Part shown: positions 1-8,954 of the stretch, piece after piece
Numbering within the stretch: the first letter of the stretch is position 1
How the letters are laid out: each line of letters starts with the position of its first letter
IMG/VR virus record: IMGVR_UViG_3300025646_000052
Span: 1 to 54,244 of that record
Source of the DNA: a virus
Taxonomy: Duplodnaviria > Caudoviricetes
Direction: 5' to 3' (one strand)
Length of the DNA: 54,244 nt
Notes under the pieces: generated by a model
Told to the model about the DNA's origin: nothing
Databases searched by the model: none
Seen by the model: only the letters and a program-made list of their open reading frames with translations
Position numbers and translations under genes: made by a program

Positions 1-2
1 GC

Positions 3-680
3 TTTGAAGGTGAAGCAGAAGTTGACTTCCCAGCTTGGTGGCAAGCTAAACTCACAACAGCCATGAACAACATGGTTTCAGCTAAACATTATCTTGATTT
101 TGAAATCAAAGAACCAGAAATCGACGCCGCAGTAAACGCTATGACAGGTGAAGAACCTGAAATGGAACCAGAAATGGAACCACAAGTAATGACTGTTGAC
201 TTAGTAGGTGACGAAGACGAAATCGAAGAAGGTTTACCTAAAGGATATTGGTCTAAAAAAATCGAAGGTGGTGTAGACGAAGCTGTTACTTCTGATTTTG
301 AAGAAAGAATTGATCAGATAGTAAATCATTATTTTAAAGGAGATCAAGAAGTAAAAAAAGCAGCTATAGAATATGCAAGCATTAAAGGTGCTAGAGTAAT
401 GGGCGGATTGTCTTCTACAGCTTCTCTCTTTAAAGACTTCTATAACCAATATAGTGATGAAGTAGCCAATCAAGCTATGGAAGTAATTGATATGGCTAAC
501 GATGATGTATACTTCGAAGAAAAAGAAACAGCTGAATTAGACGAATCATTCGCTAAGCTTGTTAGTAAATTAGAAAAGCAAGGTAAATCAGAAAAAGCAG
601 CTAAAGCAATCGCTGGTGCAGTAGCAGCTTACAAAGCAAAAGGCGGCGGTAAAGGTCCAACAGCTAAACAGAAAAAATAA
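3..680 (+). CDS. 5'-truncated acidic hypothetical protein, probable head-associated/internal protein
   Basis: Frame is open from the window edge (FEGEAEVDFPAWWQAKLTTA precedes the Met at 63). Glu-rich with L/I-x-E sites (IEE, LDE) and a basic C-terminal tail (KAKGGGKGPTAKQKK). Confidence 0.6.
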   Translation, partial: FEGEAEVDFPAWWQAKLTTAMNNMVSAKHYLDFEIKEPEIDAAVNAMTGEEPEMEPEMEPQVMTVDLVGDEDEIEEGLPKGYWSKKIEGGVDEAVTSDFEERIDQIVNHYFKGDQEVKKAAIEYASIKGARVMGGLSSTASLFKDFYNQYSDEVANQAMEVIDMANDDVYFEEKETAELDESFAKLVSKLEKQGKSEKAAKAIAGAVAAYKAKGGGKGPTAKQKK

Positions 681-1195
681 TGACCAAAGCAGAACTAAGA
701 GATAAGATCAAACTTTTAGTTAAAACGGTTTATGGTGAAAAAAAGCTCGTAGACATCACCGCAGAAAAATACGACGAACTCACCAAATTCCCTGAACTAA
801 AAGACGTAATTGTAGACCTACTCGGTCCACAATTCGATGTATTCTTAGCTTCAATTGATTGGGTAGCTCCTAAACCAACTACATTCCGTATCAACCTTAA
901 AAACGGCGAAAACTTTTATTTAGTCTATAACGAAAGAAGTTGGGTAGCTGAGGTTGAAGGAAAAAAATACTATCTTCTTAATTTAAACGAAGAAGAAAAT
1001 GCTACTAATGCTATTTCTCGTATTTTAAGATACGGAGCTCCTAACATTATGGGCGAACAAGACGCTGCTGAATTTTCTACAGGCAGTGGAGGCGAATTCC
1101 CAGGTGGAGAAGGTGGTGGTAGTGCAGAAACTGCTGCTTCTGGAACTGAAACTACTGATGTAACCGTAGACACTGAAACTGAAACAGAAGCCTAA
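680..1195 (+). CDS. Hypothetical protein with acidic low-complexity C-terminus
   Basis: 171-aa ORF coupled to both neighbours by TAATG overlaps. N-terminus MTKAELRDKIK resembles the leader of the 7598 ORF. Confidence 0.7.
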   Translation: MTKAELRDKIKLLVKTVYGEKKLVDITAEKYDELTKFPELKDVIVDLLGPQFDVFLASIDWVAPKPTTFRINLKNGENFYLVYNERSWVAEVEGKKYYLLNLNEEENATNAISRILRYGAPNIMGEQDAAEFSTGSGGEFPGGEGGGSAETAASGTETTDVTVDTETETEA

Positions 1196-2316
1196 TGGAC
1201 GTTTTTGATAAATTTTTCCGTAAGTTTGCTTACAAGTTCGATAAAGGATATCCTGACATGAAAAATGAACAGGATATTCTTTTACTTGAATCATTATTAA
1301 GTAAACTAATAGGTGAAAATATTTCAATTATATCTGAAGCTGAAGATGCTGAAGAAGCAATTGATATTATTAAAGCTAGATTAGAATTAAAAGATGAAGA
1401 TTTCCTTAAACAATCTTCTTCTACTTATAAAATTCTAGTCCCTCGTTCAGAAAGATATGATTATGTTACTAAATTAAATTCACTCGAAGGATTTGAATAT
1501 GACCCTAACATGTCAGGATCTTCTATTGGAGGAGTAAGATATAAAACAGCTAAATTCTTACTTAAACCTTCAGGTGCACAAGGTAGAGCATCAGCTGGAA
1601 CTGAAAATGAAGACATTATAGCAAATGAACTAAATAATCTTTTAGCAGATGGTCCTAAAAATGTAGTATTTGTAGCTCCTAATAAAAATTATGTAACTAG
1701 AAGCGTTAAAGAAGTTACTACAGTTGGATATGATGTAGCAGGAGGTAAAAAAGCTGATATTGTATTAAATGGAGATAAAGATTATCCTATCTCAATTAAA
1801 AAAGACAATGCTGCTTTCTGGGAAAGTTCAGATACTCGTTATAAAGATGTTGTAGCTAAACTTTCAAAGAAAATTAAAAATGGAGATTTTGCTCCTGAAT
1901 TAATATTTAAACCTTTTGTAGATAAATTAGGATACAAAAAGGAAGGTATTAATGTTATGTATAATGAAACTACTGATCAACCTGTAACTGGAGTTATTGT
2001 AACTGATCTTCCAGCAAAAGATGAACAATCTATTATATTTGGTTCTGATAATGCTGTAGTAGTTTATAGAACTTTTACACCAAATGATTTTAATTTAGAA
2101 GGTGATACTATTAGAATTGAAGTTTCTAAAATTATTGAAAATTTAGCAGATGTAGAAGAATTTAATTTAGAACCTGTTCTTAATATTAGACATGACTCAA
2201 CAAGAACTGCTACAGGTGGTTTAAGAGCAACTGTCCAACCCGAAGATAAATTATATAGGGATGGTGAATTAACAGGTAATAAAATTGAAATTCCGTACGA
2301 TAAAATAATGTCTTAA
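1195..2316 (+). CDS. Putative PD-(D/E)xK endonuclease with N-terminal leader
   Basis: GTENE...KKADIVL...YPISIKK resembles the restriction-endonuclease-like catalytic motif. The first ~48 aa end in IISE-AE. Confidence 0.55.
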   Translation: MDVFDKFFRKFAYKFDKGYPDMKNEQDILLLESLLSKLIGENISIISEAEDAEEAIDIIKARLELKDEDFLKQSSSTYKILVPRSERYDYVTKLNSLEGFEYDPNMSGSSIGGVRYKTAKFLLKPSGAQGRASAGTENEDIIANELNNLLADGPKNVVFVAPNKNYVTRSVKEVTTVGYDVAGGKKADIVLNGDKDYPISIKKDNAAFWESSDTRYKDVVAKLSKKIKNGDFAPELIFKPFVDKLGYKKEGINVMYNETTDQPVTGVIVTDLPAKDEQSIIFGSDNAVVVYRTFTPNDFNLEGDTIRIEVSKIIENLADVEEFNLEPVLNIRHDSTRTATGGLRATVQPEDKLYRDGELTGNKIEIPYDKIMS

Positions 2317-2324
2317 TATTTATA
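2316..2324 (+). promoter_or_regulatory. Putative late promoter motif ATATTTATA
   Basis: Copy of the motif recurring before 15 genes; only 3 nt before the ATG at 2328. Confidence 0.5.
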
Positions 2325-2327
2325 GAT

Positions 2328-3113
2328 ATGTGTAGCTGTGGATGTGGAACTTGTAGTGCTTCAAAGCCTGTAGTGTTAAACGAAAGTTTAGCGCCAAAAG
2401 AAATCCTTTCTGAAGGATTAAAATTTCACTTAGATAACGCACGACCTCTTACTGAGCATGTATATCGCGCTGGTTCTGAAAAGTATTTTAATTTATGGGC
2501 AGAAGCCCGCGCTTTATATAGCCGCAATATTATTGAAGTACAAGGTGCTGATTTAGAGGTATTAACAGAAACAGATCTTGGTCACTTTGCATTAGTTGAA
2601 GGTGTTCAAGTTCCTTTAGATTTTCCTATTGAACTTAACGAACTCGAAACTGAAGAATTTTTAGCTGCAGTTGAAGACGAATTTGATAAAGAGACGTTAG
2701 AATTAATGAAGCAAGTGATCGAAAAAAGATTAGGCTTCCTTAATAAAGCTCTTGATATATCTAATCCTAGAAATGTAGTTAAAGGATATTTAGGTCATTT
2801 ATCGGAAGATCAAATTAAATTTGTCCACGAAGAAGTAAAGAAAAAAATTGGTAAACCAATGCGTTCTGCCTCAGGTGGTAAAGCTTATAAAGTATACGTT
2901 CGTGATCCTAAAACCAAGAAAATTAAAACTGTACGTTTTGGTTCAGGTGGTTTAAGAGCAAAAATCAATAACCCAAAGGCAAGACAAGCATTCGCTAAAA
3001 GACACGATTGTGCTAATAAAAAGGATAAAACTAAAGCTTCATACTGGAGCTGTCGTTTACCAAGATACGCTAAATTGTTAGGCCTTAAGTCTAACTTTAG
3101 CGGTTTTTGGTGA
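2328..3113 (+). CDS. Hypothetical protein: Cys-rich N-terminus, acidic middle, basic C-terminal domain
   Basis: CSCGCGTC start, LNE/LSE/LTE sites, C-terminal KVYVRDPKTKKIKTVRFG...FAKRHDC...YWSCR domain of a type seen in large-phage head regions. Confidence 0.65.
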   Translation: MCSCGCGTCSASKPVVLNESLAPKEILSEGLKFHLDNARPLTEHVYRAGSEKYFNLWAEARALYSRNIIEVQGADLEVLTETDLGHFALVEGVQVPLDFPIELNELETEEFLAAVEDEFDKETLELMKQVIEKRLGFLNKALDISNPRNVVKGYLGHLSEDQIKFVHEEVKKKIGKPMRSASGGKAYKVYVRDPKTKKIKTVRFGSGGLRAKINNPKARQAFAKRHDCANKKDKTKASYWSCRLPRYAKLLGLKSNFSGFW

Positions 3114-3370
3114 TGGATATATTTAACGAAATACTTTGGCCTCAATTTAAGGAGTTAAATCATATTCGTAAACTTCCACTTACAGAACAAGTTAATCAAT
3201 ATAATCAATATTTATATGAGTTAAATGAAGCTCGTATGAGTTGGATTATTTATCAAAATAAAGGCCCAAAGCGATTAACTCTTCAAAATGTAGGCTTCCT
3301 ACTCCAAGAAGATTTATTTAACTTACAACAAGAAGACGGAAACAATATTTTTATAACAGCATATGCCTAA
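3113..3370 (+). CDS. Small hypothetical virion-associated protein
   Basis: ATG at 3113 overlaps the upstream TGA (TGATG). C-terminal LLQEDxxxLQQEDG motif. Confidence 0.6.
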   Translation: MDIFNEILWPQFKELNHIRKLPLTEQVNQYNQYLYELNEARMSWIIYQNKGPKRLTLQNVGFLLQEDLFNLQQEDGNNIFITAYA

Positions 3371-3872
3371 TTTACCAATATCAGGATTACCAGCATCTTC
3401 AACCCTTCAAGGGGATGAATTATTTGCTGATGTTCAAGGTGGTGTAACTAAATACACTACTTTAGATGATGTTACAAATTACGTAACTGGTTCAATTGAA
3501 ACTTATAATCAAAACAATACTAATAATTCTTACTTAGTACCAGTTAATTTAACAGTAGAACCTACAGTAGATCAATGGCTCACAGGTTCAGCTTATGCTA
3601 ATACATCTATGATTCGCATAGATTGGAGTGGAGCTACTGGTACTATGAATTTGTATTTACCTGATGCCACGGCGGCAGTAAACACATATCGTGCACTTAG
3701 GTTTATTACTGATAGTACTTTTTCAACCTCTACAAGAGCTGAATTAACCCCACTTGCAGGTCAAACTTTAGATGGTAGTGCTGGTTCTTATACTATAAAT
3801 AAAGAATATGAGGGTATTATGGTATGGTCTGATGGAGCTGAATGGTATAGAATTCAAACAAAAGCTGGATAA
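3363..3872 (+). CDS. Putative structural (fibre/decoration) protein
   Basis: N-terminal MPNLPISGLP...GDELFADVQGGVTK resembles attachment segments of phage fibres. Beta-rich S/T/G composition, C-terminal WSDGAEWY. Confidence 0.55.
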   Translation: MPNLPISGLPASSTLQGDELFADVQGGVTKYTTLDDVTNYVTGSIETYNQNNTNNSYLVPVNLTVEPTVDQWLTGSAYANTSMIRIDWSGATGTMNLYLPDATAAVNTYRALRFITDSTFSTSTRAELTPLAGQTLDGSAGSYTINKEYEGIMVWSDGAEWYRIQTKAG

Positions 3873-4129
3873 TGCAACCCTATACTGATATTAAAGTAAA
3901 TAATAAGTACATCATTAGAGAATTTTCCCAAGACATTGACCCAATAGAGTTAATGTGGCACCGCGATGATGAAGATCGTACAATCGAAATTATAGGCGAA
4001 ACAAATTGGCAAATCCAACTTGATAATCAATTGCCAACTTCCATAAATAACATTATATTTATACCACGACATGAATGGCATCGTGTTATTAAAGGAACTG
4101 GTAATTTAACATTAAAAATATATAAATAA
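3872..4129 (+). CDS. Small cupin-fold protein
   Basis: WHRDDEDR and FIPRHEWHRVIKG match the two cupin His motifs. Confidence 0.55.
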   Translation: MQPYTDIKVNNKYIIREFSQDIDPIELMWHRDDEDRTIEIIGETNWQIQLDNQLPTSINNIIFIPRHEWHRVIKGTGNLTLKIYK

Positions 4130-4881
4130 TGAGTTATCCCTCTACAGGAAATTATTACGGAACAACTCGATTTGTGTACTTTAACTTACACACTACAAGC
4201 TCCCAACGAAATGATGGAGCTGGTTCAGGCGGGGATAATAATGTTTTTGTAATATATGACAAAACAGCAAATACCATGCTTACAGGTAGTGGTGTAAGAT
4301 TAGGAATGTTCCAATATACATGTTCAGTAGGCACTACTTATTATCCTACCTCTGGAGATGTAAATTTTTACCCTAGAGCTATTGCAGGAGACCCTGCTGG
4401 TAACGTCACAGAATCCGTTTGGATGCCTATATTTGGTGAAGCAGAAAATAGTTTACCATCTAATGGAGATTGGTTAGTTATTACTACAGGTAGTGGTACT
4501 TCTACTACAAATGTTAAAGAAATCCAATTCTATTGGACTGGATCTTCTACATTATGGGATAATGATGGTATAGCTGGGGTTGCTGATCTTAAAGTTTTAA
4601 TGGCACAGAAAACTAATATCCCCCTTAATGCCGGTTGTTGGAGTTATAGTTCAGCCGCTCAAGCTGTTAGAGATGCTGTTACTGGCTCAGGAGCTATTAT
4701 CTTAAGATGGACAAATCTTACTGATAATGTCTTTGGTGGAGAATGGACTTTCCCTAGATATAACCAACCAGATGCTACAACAGGGGGACAGTATAGTATC
4801 CCAGGCGGAAGTACATTTGGAAAAGCTGGAATATACCAGTGTTATGTATCTACAGTATTCCCAGCAGGAGGAGGTGCCTAA
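4129..4881 (+). CDS. Hypothetical Gly/Thr/Ser-rich protein, probably structural
   Basis: 250-aa ORF, beta-rich composition, four TGS motifs; followed by a terminator. Confidence 0.6.
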   Translation: MSYPSTGNYYGTTRFVYFNLHTTSSQRNDGAGSGGDNNVFVIYDKTANTMLTGSGVRLGMFQYTCSVGTTYYPTSGDVNFYPRAIAGDPAGNVTESVWMPIFGEAENSLPSNGDWLVITTGSGTSTTNVKEIQFYWTGSSTLWDNDGIAGVADLKVLMAQKTNIPLNAGCWSYSSAAQAVRDAVTGSGAIILRWTNLTDNVFGGEWTFPRYNQPDATTGGQYSIPGGSTFGKAGIYQCYVSTVFPAGGGA

Positions 4882-4927
4882 CAACATTTAGACTGATTCA
4901 TAGCCAGTCGCTTAAAACAATTTTTTG

Positions 4928-4968
4928 AGAGCTGTGGCCTCACTCGTTGAGAGCCGCAGCTCTTTTTT
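4928..4968 (+). terminator. Rho-independent terminator
   Basis: AGAGCTGTGGC (4928-4938) pairs with GCCGCAGCTCT (4953-4963), followed by a T-run. Confidence 0.8.
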
Positions 4969-4975
4969 GTATATT
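4947..4975 (+). promoter_or_regulatory. Putative -35/-10-type promoter TTGAGA-N17-TATATT
   Basis: 17-nt spacing, 24 nt upstream of the ATG at 5000; same architecture at 35879 and 43773. Confidence 0.45.
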
Positions 4976-4999
4976 TAATAGTTAAATAATAAAGGAAAA

Positions 5000-6376
5000 A
5001 TGGAAAAAATCGTAATTGTAGGAGCTGGAGTTGCAGGCGTAAATGCAGCTACAAAGCTAGTAGACAACGGTTACCCAGGCGAACTTATCACTATTATTGA
5101 TATGGGCAAAAGCCCATATAAGCGTAAACCTTCTGAAGTAATGGAAGGTTTTCTTGGTGCTGGAGGTTGGTCTGATGGCAAACTAACATATCATACAGCT
5201 ATTGGTGGTCAATTATCAAAATATTGTGGCGAAGACAAAGCAATGGAATTGATGGACCAAGTAATTACTAACTTCAAACGATTCCATCCTAAACCAGAGG
5301 AAGTACAATGTTCAAATCCTGAAGCAGAACCCGATTTTATCAAACCATATTTCGGTTTGCGATTGTTTCCTGTATGGCACGTTGGTACAGATTATCTACA
5401 CGAGATTGGTAAAAATTGGTACGATTATTTGGTGTCAAAAGGGGTTCAATTTGAATGGGAAGCTAAAGTAACAGCAATTGATTTCGAAAATAATACAGGT
5501 AAAGTAACAGTCCCACAATCAGACCTAACACATACATTTGAATATGACCGCCTAATATTTGCAGTTGGTAAATCAGGTATTGACTTTGGTAAGCAATTAG
5601 CTGACGACTATAATTTCCCTACTGAACCAAAACCAGTACAAATTGGTGTTCGATTTGAAGCACCACAAAAACACTTCCAGAAACTAATCGATATCAGTTA
5701 CGACTTTAAGTTGTATCGTAAATTCGATAATGGTGTTTCACTCCGTTCATTCTGCACCAATAATAATGCAGCATACGTTGCTGTAGAAGAAACTTACGGA
5801 GATCACAGTTATAATGGTCACGCTAAAAAAGATATGCGATTCCGTAACGATATGACCAACTTTGGTATCTTAATGGAAATCCCAGGCATTGAAGAACCAT
5901 TTAAATGGTCACGTGACTTGGTTAAAAAAGTTCAAAAAGATGCTACTGGTTTATTTTATAGCCCTTCACGTCGCCCTTCATTAACTTCTGAAGGTGGGAC
6001 TGTAAGTGCAGTTGCTATCAACGCTCAACAAATGGATAAAGTAAGAGAAGCATTCCAAGGTTATTATCAATATATTGATGATTTTATTGAGGATATGAAA
6101 AAAGTATTCCCAACACTTGCACATGACTGGGGTGTTTATATTCCTGAAGTTAAATACTTAGCACCGGAACCACTTGTAGACTATAAAAACCTAGCACTAG
6201 CCCAATTTGACAATGTTCACTTTGTAGGCGATGCTCTATCAGCTCGTGGTATTACAGTTTCAGGTGCTCAAGGTACATATGTTGCTGAAGATATTTTAGA
6301 ACGATTTTGCACTGTAGAAAATGGTTCGTACATTTGCGAATGGGATAATATACACGGAGACGTGATAAATTGGTAA
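5000..6376 (+). CDS. FAD-dependent oxidoreductase (uncharacterised FAD dehydrogenase type)
   Basis: N-terminal Rossmann motif IVIVGAGVAG, GFLGAGGWSDGKL, and C-terminal FVGD...RGITVSGAQG FAD motifs. Confidence 0.85.
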   Translation: MEKIVIVGAGVAGVNAATKLVDNGYPGELITIIDMGKSPYKRKPSEVMEGFLGAGGWSDGKLTYHTAIGGQLSKYCGEDKAMELMDQVITNFKRFHPKPEEVQCSNPEAEPDFIKPYFGLRLFPVWHVGTDYLHEIGKNWYDYLVSKGVQFEWEAKVTAIDFENNTGKVTVPQSDLTHTFEYDRLIFAVGKSGIDFGKQLADDYNFPTEPKPVQIGVRFEAPQKHFQKLIDISYDFKLYRKFDNGVSLRSFCTNNNAAYVAVEETYGDHSYNGHAKKDMRFRNDMTNFGILMEIPGIEEPFKWSRDLVKKVQKDATGLFYSPSRRPSLTSEGGTVSAVAINAQQMDKVREAFQGYYQYIDDFIEDMKKVFPTLAHDWGVYIPEVKYLAPEPLVDYKNLALAQFDNVHFVGDALSARGITVSGAQGTYVAEDILERFCTVENGSYICEWDNIHGDVINW

Positions 6377-6378
6377 TT

Positions 6379-6651
6379 ATGGCAAAACAAACTATATACG
6401 AAACAAAACAAATGAAAAATGGTGGGGCATATCATCATTTTTTTAAAGAATCAGGATCTGCAAATTGGAAATATCACAATTGGGATGGCCCTGCAGTAGA
6501 ACCTATTGAAGACGAAGATTCAAAATATAAAAAAGAGTACTATCTTTATGGAATTAGAATGACTCAAGAAGAATGGAATGAAGCTCGTAAAGATAGAGAA
6601 GGGCTTCCTTGGTATAAAAATCCATCAATGCGTGGAACAACACGATTCTAA
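6379..6651 (+). CDS. Small hypothetical protein with an HxxDGPA repeat-type motif
   Basis: YHNWDGPAV...EYYLYG. ATG at 6379 directly follows the upstream stop. Confidence 0.65.
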   Translation: MAKQTIYETKQMKNGGAYHHFFKESGSANWKYHNWDGPAVEPIEDEDSKYKKEYYLYGIRMTQEEWNEARKDREGLPWYKNPSMRGTTRF

Positions 6652-6652
6652 T

Positions 6653-7039
6653 ATGAGAGAACACACTTTAGAAGCTCAACCTTATCAAGGTGAGCACCAT
6701 GAAAAAGCATGGGGACACGAACTATGGATTATTAATAATGAATTGTATTGTGGCAAACTTCTAGTATTTAAAGAAGGTAAACAATTCTCAATGCACTATC
6801 ATATATTAAAAGATGAAGCTTGGTATGTTTCTAAAGGTGAATTTACATATAAGTGGATTGATACTGAAACAGCAACTGAACATCACACACATATTAAAGA
6901 AGGGGACTGTATCCATTTAATCCCAGGACAACCTCACCAATTATTGGCTCTTACAGAAGGAGCTACTATATTTGAGGTGTCAACACAACATTTTGATTAC
7001 GATAGTTATAGAGTTAAACCAGGAGATTCACAAGCATGA
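6653..7039 (+). CDS. Cupin protein, sugar (mannose-6-phosphate/ketol) isomerase-like
   Basis: KAWGHE...SMHYHILKDEAWYV...PGQPHQL...FEVST. The ATG at 6653 is a likelier start than 6578. Confidence 0.75.
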   Translation: MREHTLEAQPYQGEHHEKAWGHELWIINNELYCGKLLVFKEGKQFSMHYHILKDEAWYVSKGEFTYKWIDTETATEHHTHIKEGDCIHLIPGQPHQLLALTEGATIFEVSTQHFDYDSYRVKPGDSQA

Positions 7040-7566
7040 AAATAGGATTATGTGGCACAATGTCAGTAGGTAAAACTACACTTGTTAACGCTCTTAAAGA
7101 CCTCCCTGAATTTAAAGATTATATGTTTAGAACTGAACGCTCTAAATATTTAATGTCTCAAGGTATTCCATTGAATACTGATTCAACCTTAAAAGGACAA
7201 ACAGTATTTTTAGCTGAACGTGCTAGTGAGCTTATCCAAGAAAACATTATTACAGATCGTACTGTAATTGATGTTATGGCTTTTGCTCAAGCTTCTAAAT
7301 CAATGGATTATATTGATAAAGAAGCATTTACTGAATATGCTACACGTTTTATTAGCGAATATGATTATATTTTTTATATTTCTCCTGAAGGGGTAGAAAT
7401 GGAAGACAACGGTGTTCGTGAAACTGATCAAGATTACCGCCAACTGATCGATTTTACTATTAGAATGATTATTGATAAAAATAAACATCGTATTAAAAAG
7501 TATGGTATTCTTGAAGGACCTACAGAACAACGCATAGAACAATTGATATTTCAATTAGGGATATAA
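7036..7566 (+). CDS. P-loop NTPase / nucleotide kinase (NadR/Ttd14-like)
   Basis: Walker A GTMSVGKTT, IITDRTVID, YDYIFY, DNGVR. Confidence 0.75.
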   Translation: MKIGLCGTMSVGKTTLVNALKDLPEFKDYMFRTERSKYLMSQGIPLNTDSTLKGQTVFLAERASELIQENIITDRTVIDVMAFAQASKSMDYIDKEAFTEYATRFISEYDYIFYISPEGVEMEDNGVRETDQDYRQLIDFTIRMIIDKNKHRIKKYGILEGPTEQRIEQLIFQLGI

Positions 7567-7574
7567 TATTTATA
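7566..7574 (+). promoter_or_regulatory. Putative late promoter motif ATATTTATA
   Basis: Intergenic, 23 nt before the ATG at 7598. Confidence 0.6.
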
Positions 7575-7597
7575 ACAAAACCTATTATTTTTCTAAA

Positions 7598-8374
7598 ATG
7601 AAAAAATCTGAATTATACGATTCTATTCGTGAAATGATCGTTCAAGAACTTACCTCATACTCAGGACCAGAGGCTGTAACTTCTATGCAACAAGATCCAA
7701 ATTTCCAAAAATCTAAAGATAAAGAGTCTCTTATTAAAACTTTAAAATCAGGAGGCACTGTAAATTTAGAAGAAGAACAACTCGATGAAATGGCTAAAAT
7801 CGCTGGTGATTTAAAAGCTGCTATCGAAAAAGTAATCGAAAAAAATAAAGACGCTGAAAAGAAAGACGTTCGTAAAGCAATTAAAGCTGACGACGAAGTA
7901 GTAGCTGCTTTAGGTGACGAAGATTTATTTGATAATCAATTAAATAAATTTATCGATTTAGTAAGAGGTGAAAGAGAAGTAGGCCAACGTGGTCGTAAAG
8001 CCGATCCTGATAAACCACAAAAAGAAAAAGGTACACGTGGTCGTCCAAAATCAGCAACCCCAACCTCTCCAAAAGAAAAAGTAGCTAAGTTTGTAACTTC
8101 TAAATTAAACAAATCTTACACTACAGACGACGAAGAAGGACCATCAGATAAAGAACTTAAACAACTTGCTCGTTCAGGTGGTAAATTCGATAAATCAAAA
8201 TTAAGCCAACTCCGTCAACAAGAAAAAACCAAAATGATTAGAGCATTCTTGAAAGACATGCAATCTAAAGGTGTTGTTGACTCAGCAAACCGCGTATTAG
8301 ATAAAGACGCTTACGCTAAAGAATGGGCAGACGCTAAAGTAGATATTGAAGCAAAGGTAGCTGCTATAAACTAA
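7598..8374 (+). CDS. Highly charged hypothetical protein with AT-hook-like motifs
   Basis: GQRGRKA and GTRGRPKS motifs; leader MKKSELYDSIREMIVQEL; LEE/LDE sites. Confidence 0.6.
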   Translation: MKKSELYDSIREMIVQELTSYSGPEAVTSMQQDPNFQKSKDKESLIKTLKSGGTVNLEEEQLDEMAKIAGDLKAAIEKVIEKNKDAEKKDVRKAIKADDEVVAALGDEDLFDNQLNKFIDLVRGEREVGQRGRKADPDKPQKEKGTRGRPKSATPTSPKEKVAKFVTSKLNKSYTTDDEEGPSDKELKQLARSGGKFDKSKLSQLRQQEKTKMIRAFLKDMQSKGVVDSANRVLDKDAYAKEWADAKVDIEAKVAAIN

Positions 8375-8375
8375 A

Positions 8376-8954
8376 ATGAAAAAATATTTTAAAAATATCC
8401 AATCACTGTTAATTGCAGTATTGGTAGTTGTGATTTTCCTAATGAGACAATGCTCAGGAGGCTCAATTGAACCTACTGAACGTGTTATTAGGGATACTAT
8501 CATTGAATATGTAACAATTGAAAAAGAATACCCAGTTTACGTACCTAAAGTTAAATACGTAACTAAAGTAGACATTGATACATTTTCTACACCAATCGAT
8601 ACATCAGCTATCTTAGCAGACTATTATGCTATTAGAACATATGAGGATACACAAGTATTAGACAGTCTAGACTTAACAATTACTGATACAGTATCCCAAA
8701 ACCAAATCTTAGGTAGAAAAATTGCTTACAATTTTACCTATCCTAGAAAGACAATTATCGAAAAACACTATATTAACCAAAGAGAACTATACTTCGGTTT
8801 AGGTTTGGCAGGTAATAAAGATCAAATTCAATACTTAGGTGGTGAAATGTTATATAAAAACAAGAAAAAGCAAGCACTCGGCTTGGGAATAGGAGTTGAC
8901 CAGACTTTGGCACCAGTTATTTCGGGCCGTATGTACTGGAAACTCGGAAAATGA
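8376..8954 (+). CDS. Membrane-anchored protein, candidate spanin-like lysis protein
   Basis: Hydrophobic LLIAVLVVVIFLMRQC, extended DT-rich linker, C-terminal alternating Gly/hydrophobic beta strands ending MYWKLGK. Confidence 0.45.
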   Translation: MKKYFKNIQSLLIAVLVVVIFLMRQCSGGSIEPTERVIRDTIIEYVTIEKEYPVYVPKVKYVTKVDIDTFSTPIDTSAILADYYAIRTYEDTQVLDSLDLTITDTVSQNQILGRKIAYNFTYPRKTIIEKHYINQRELYFGLGLAGNKDQIQYLGGEMLYKNKKKQALGLGIGVDQTLAPVISGRMYWKLGK

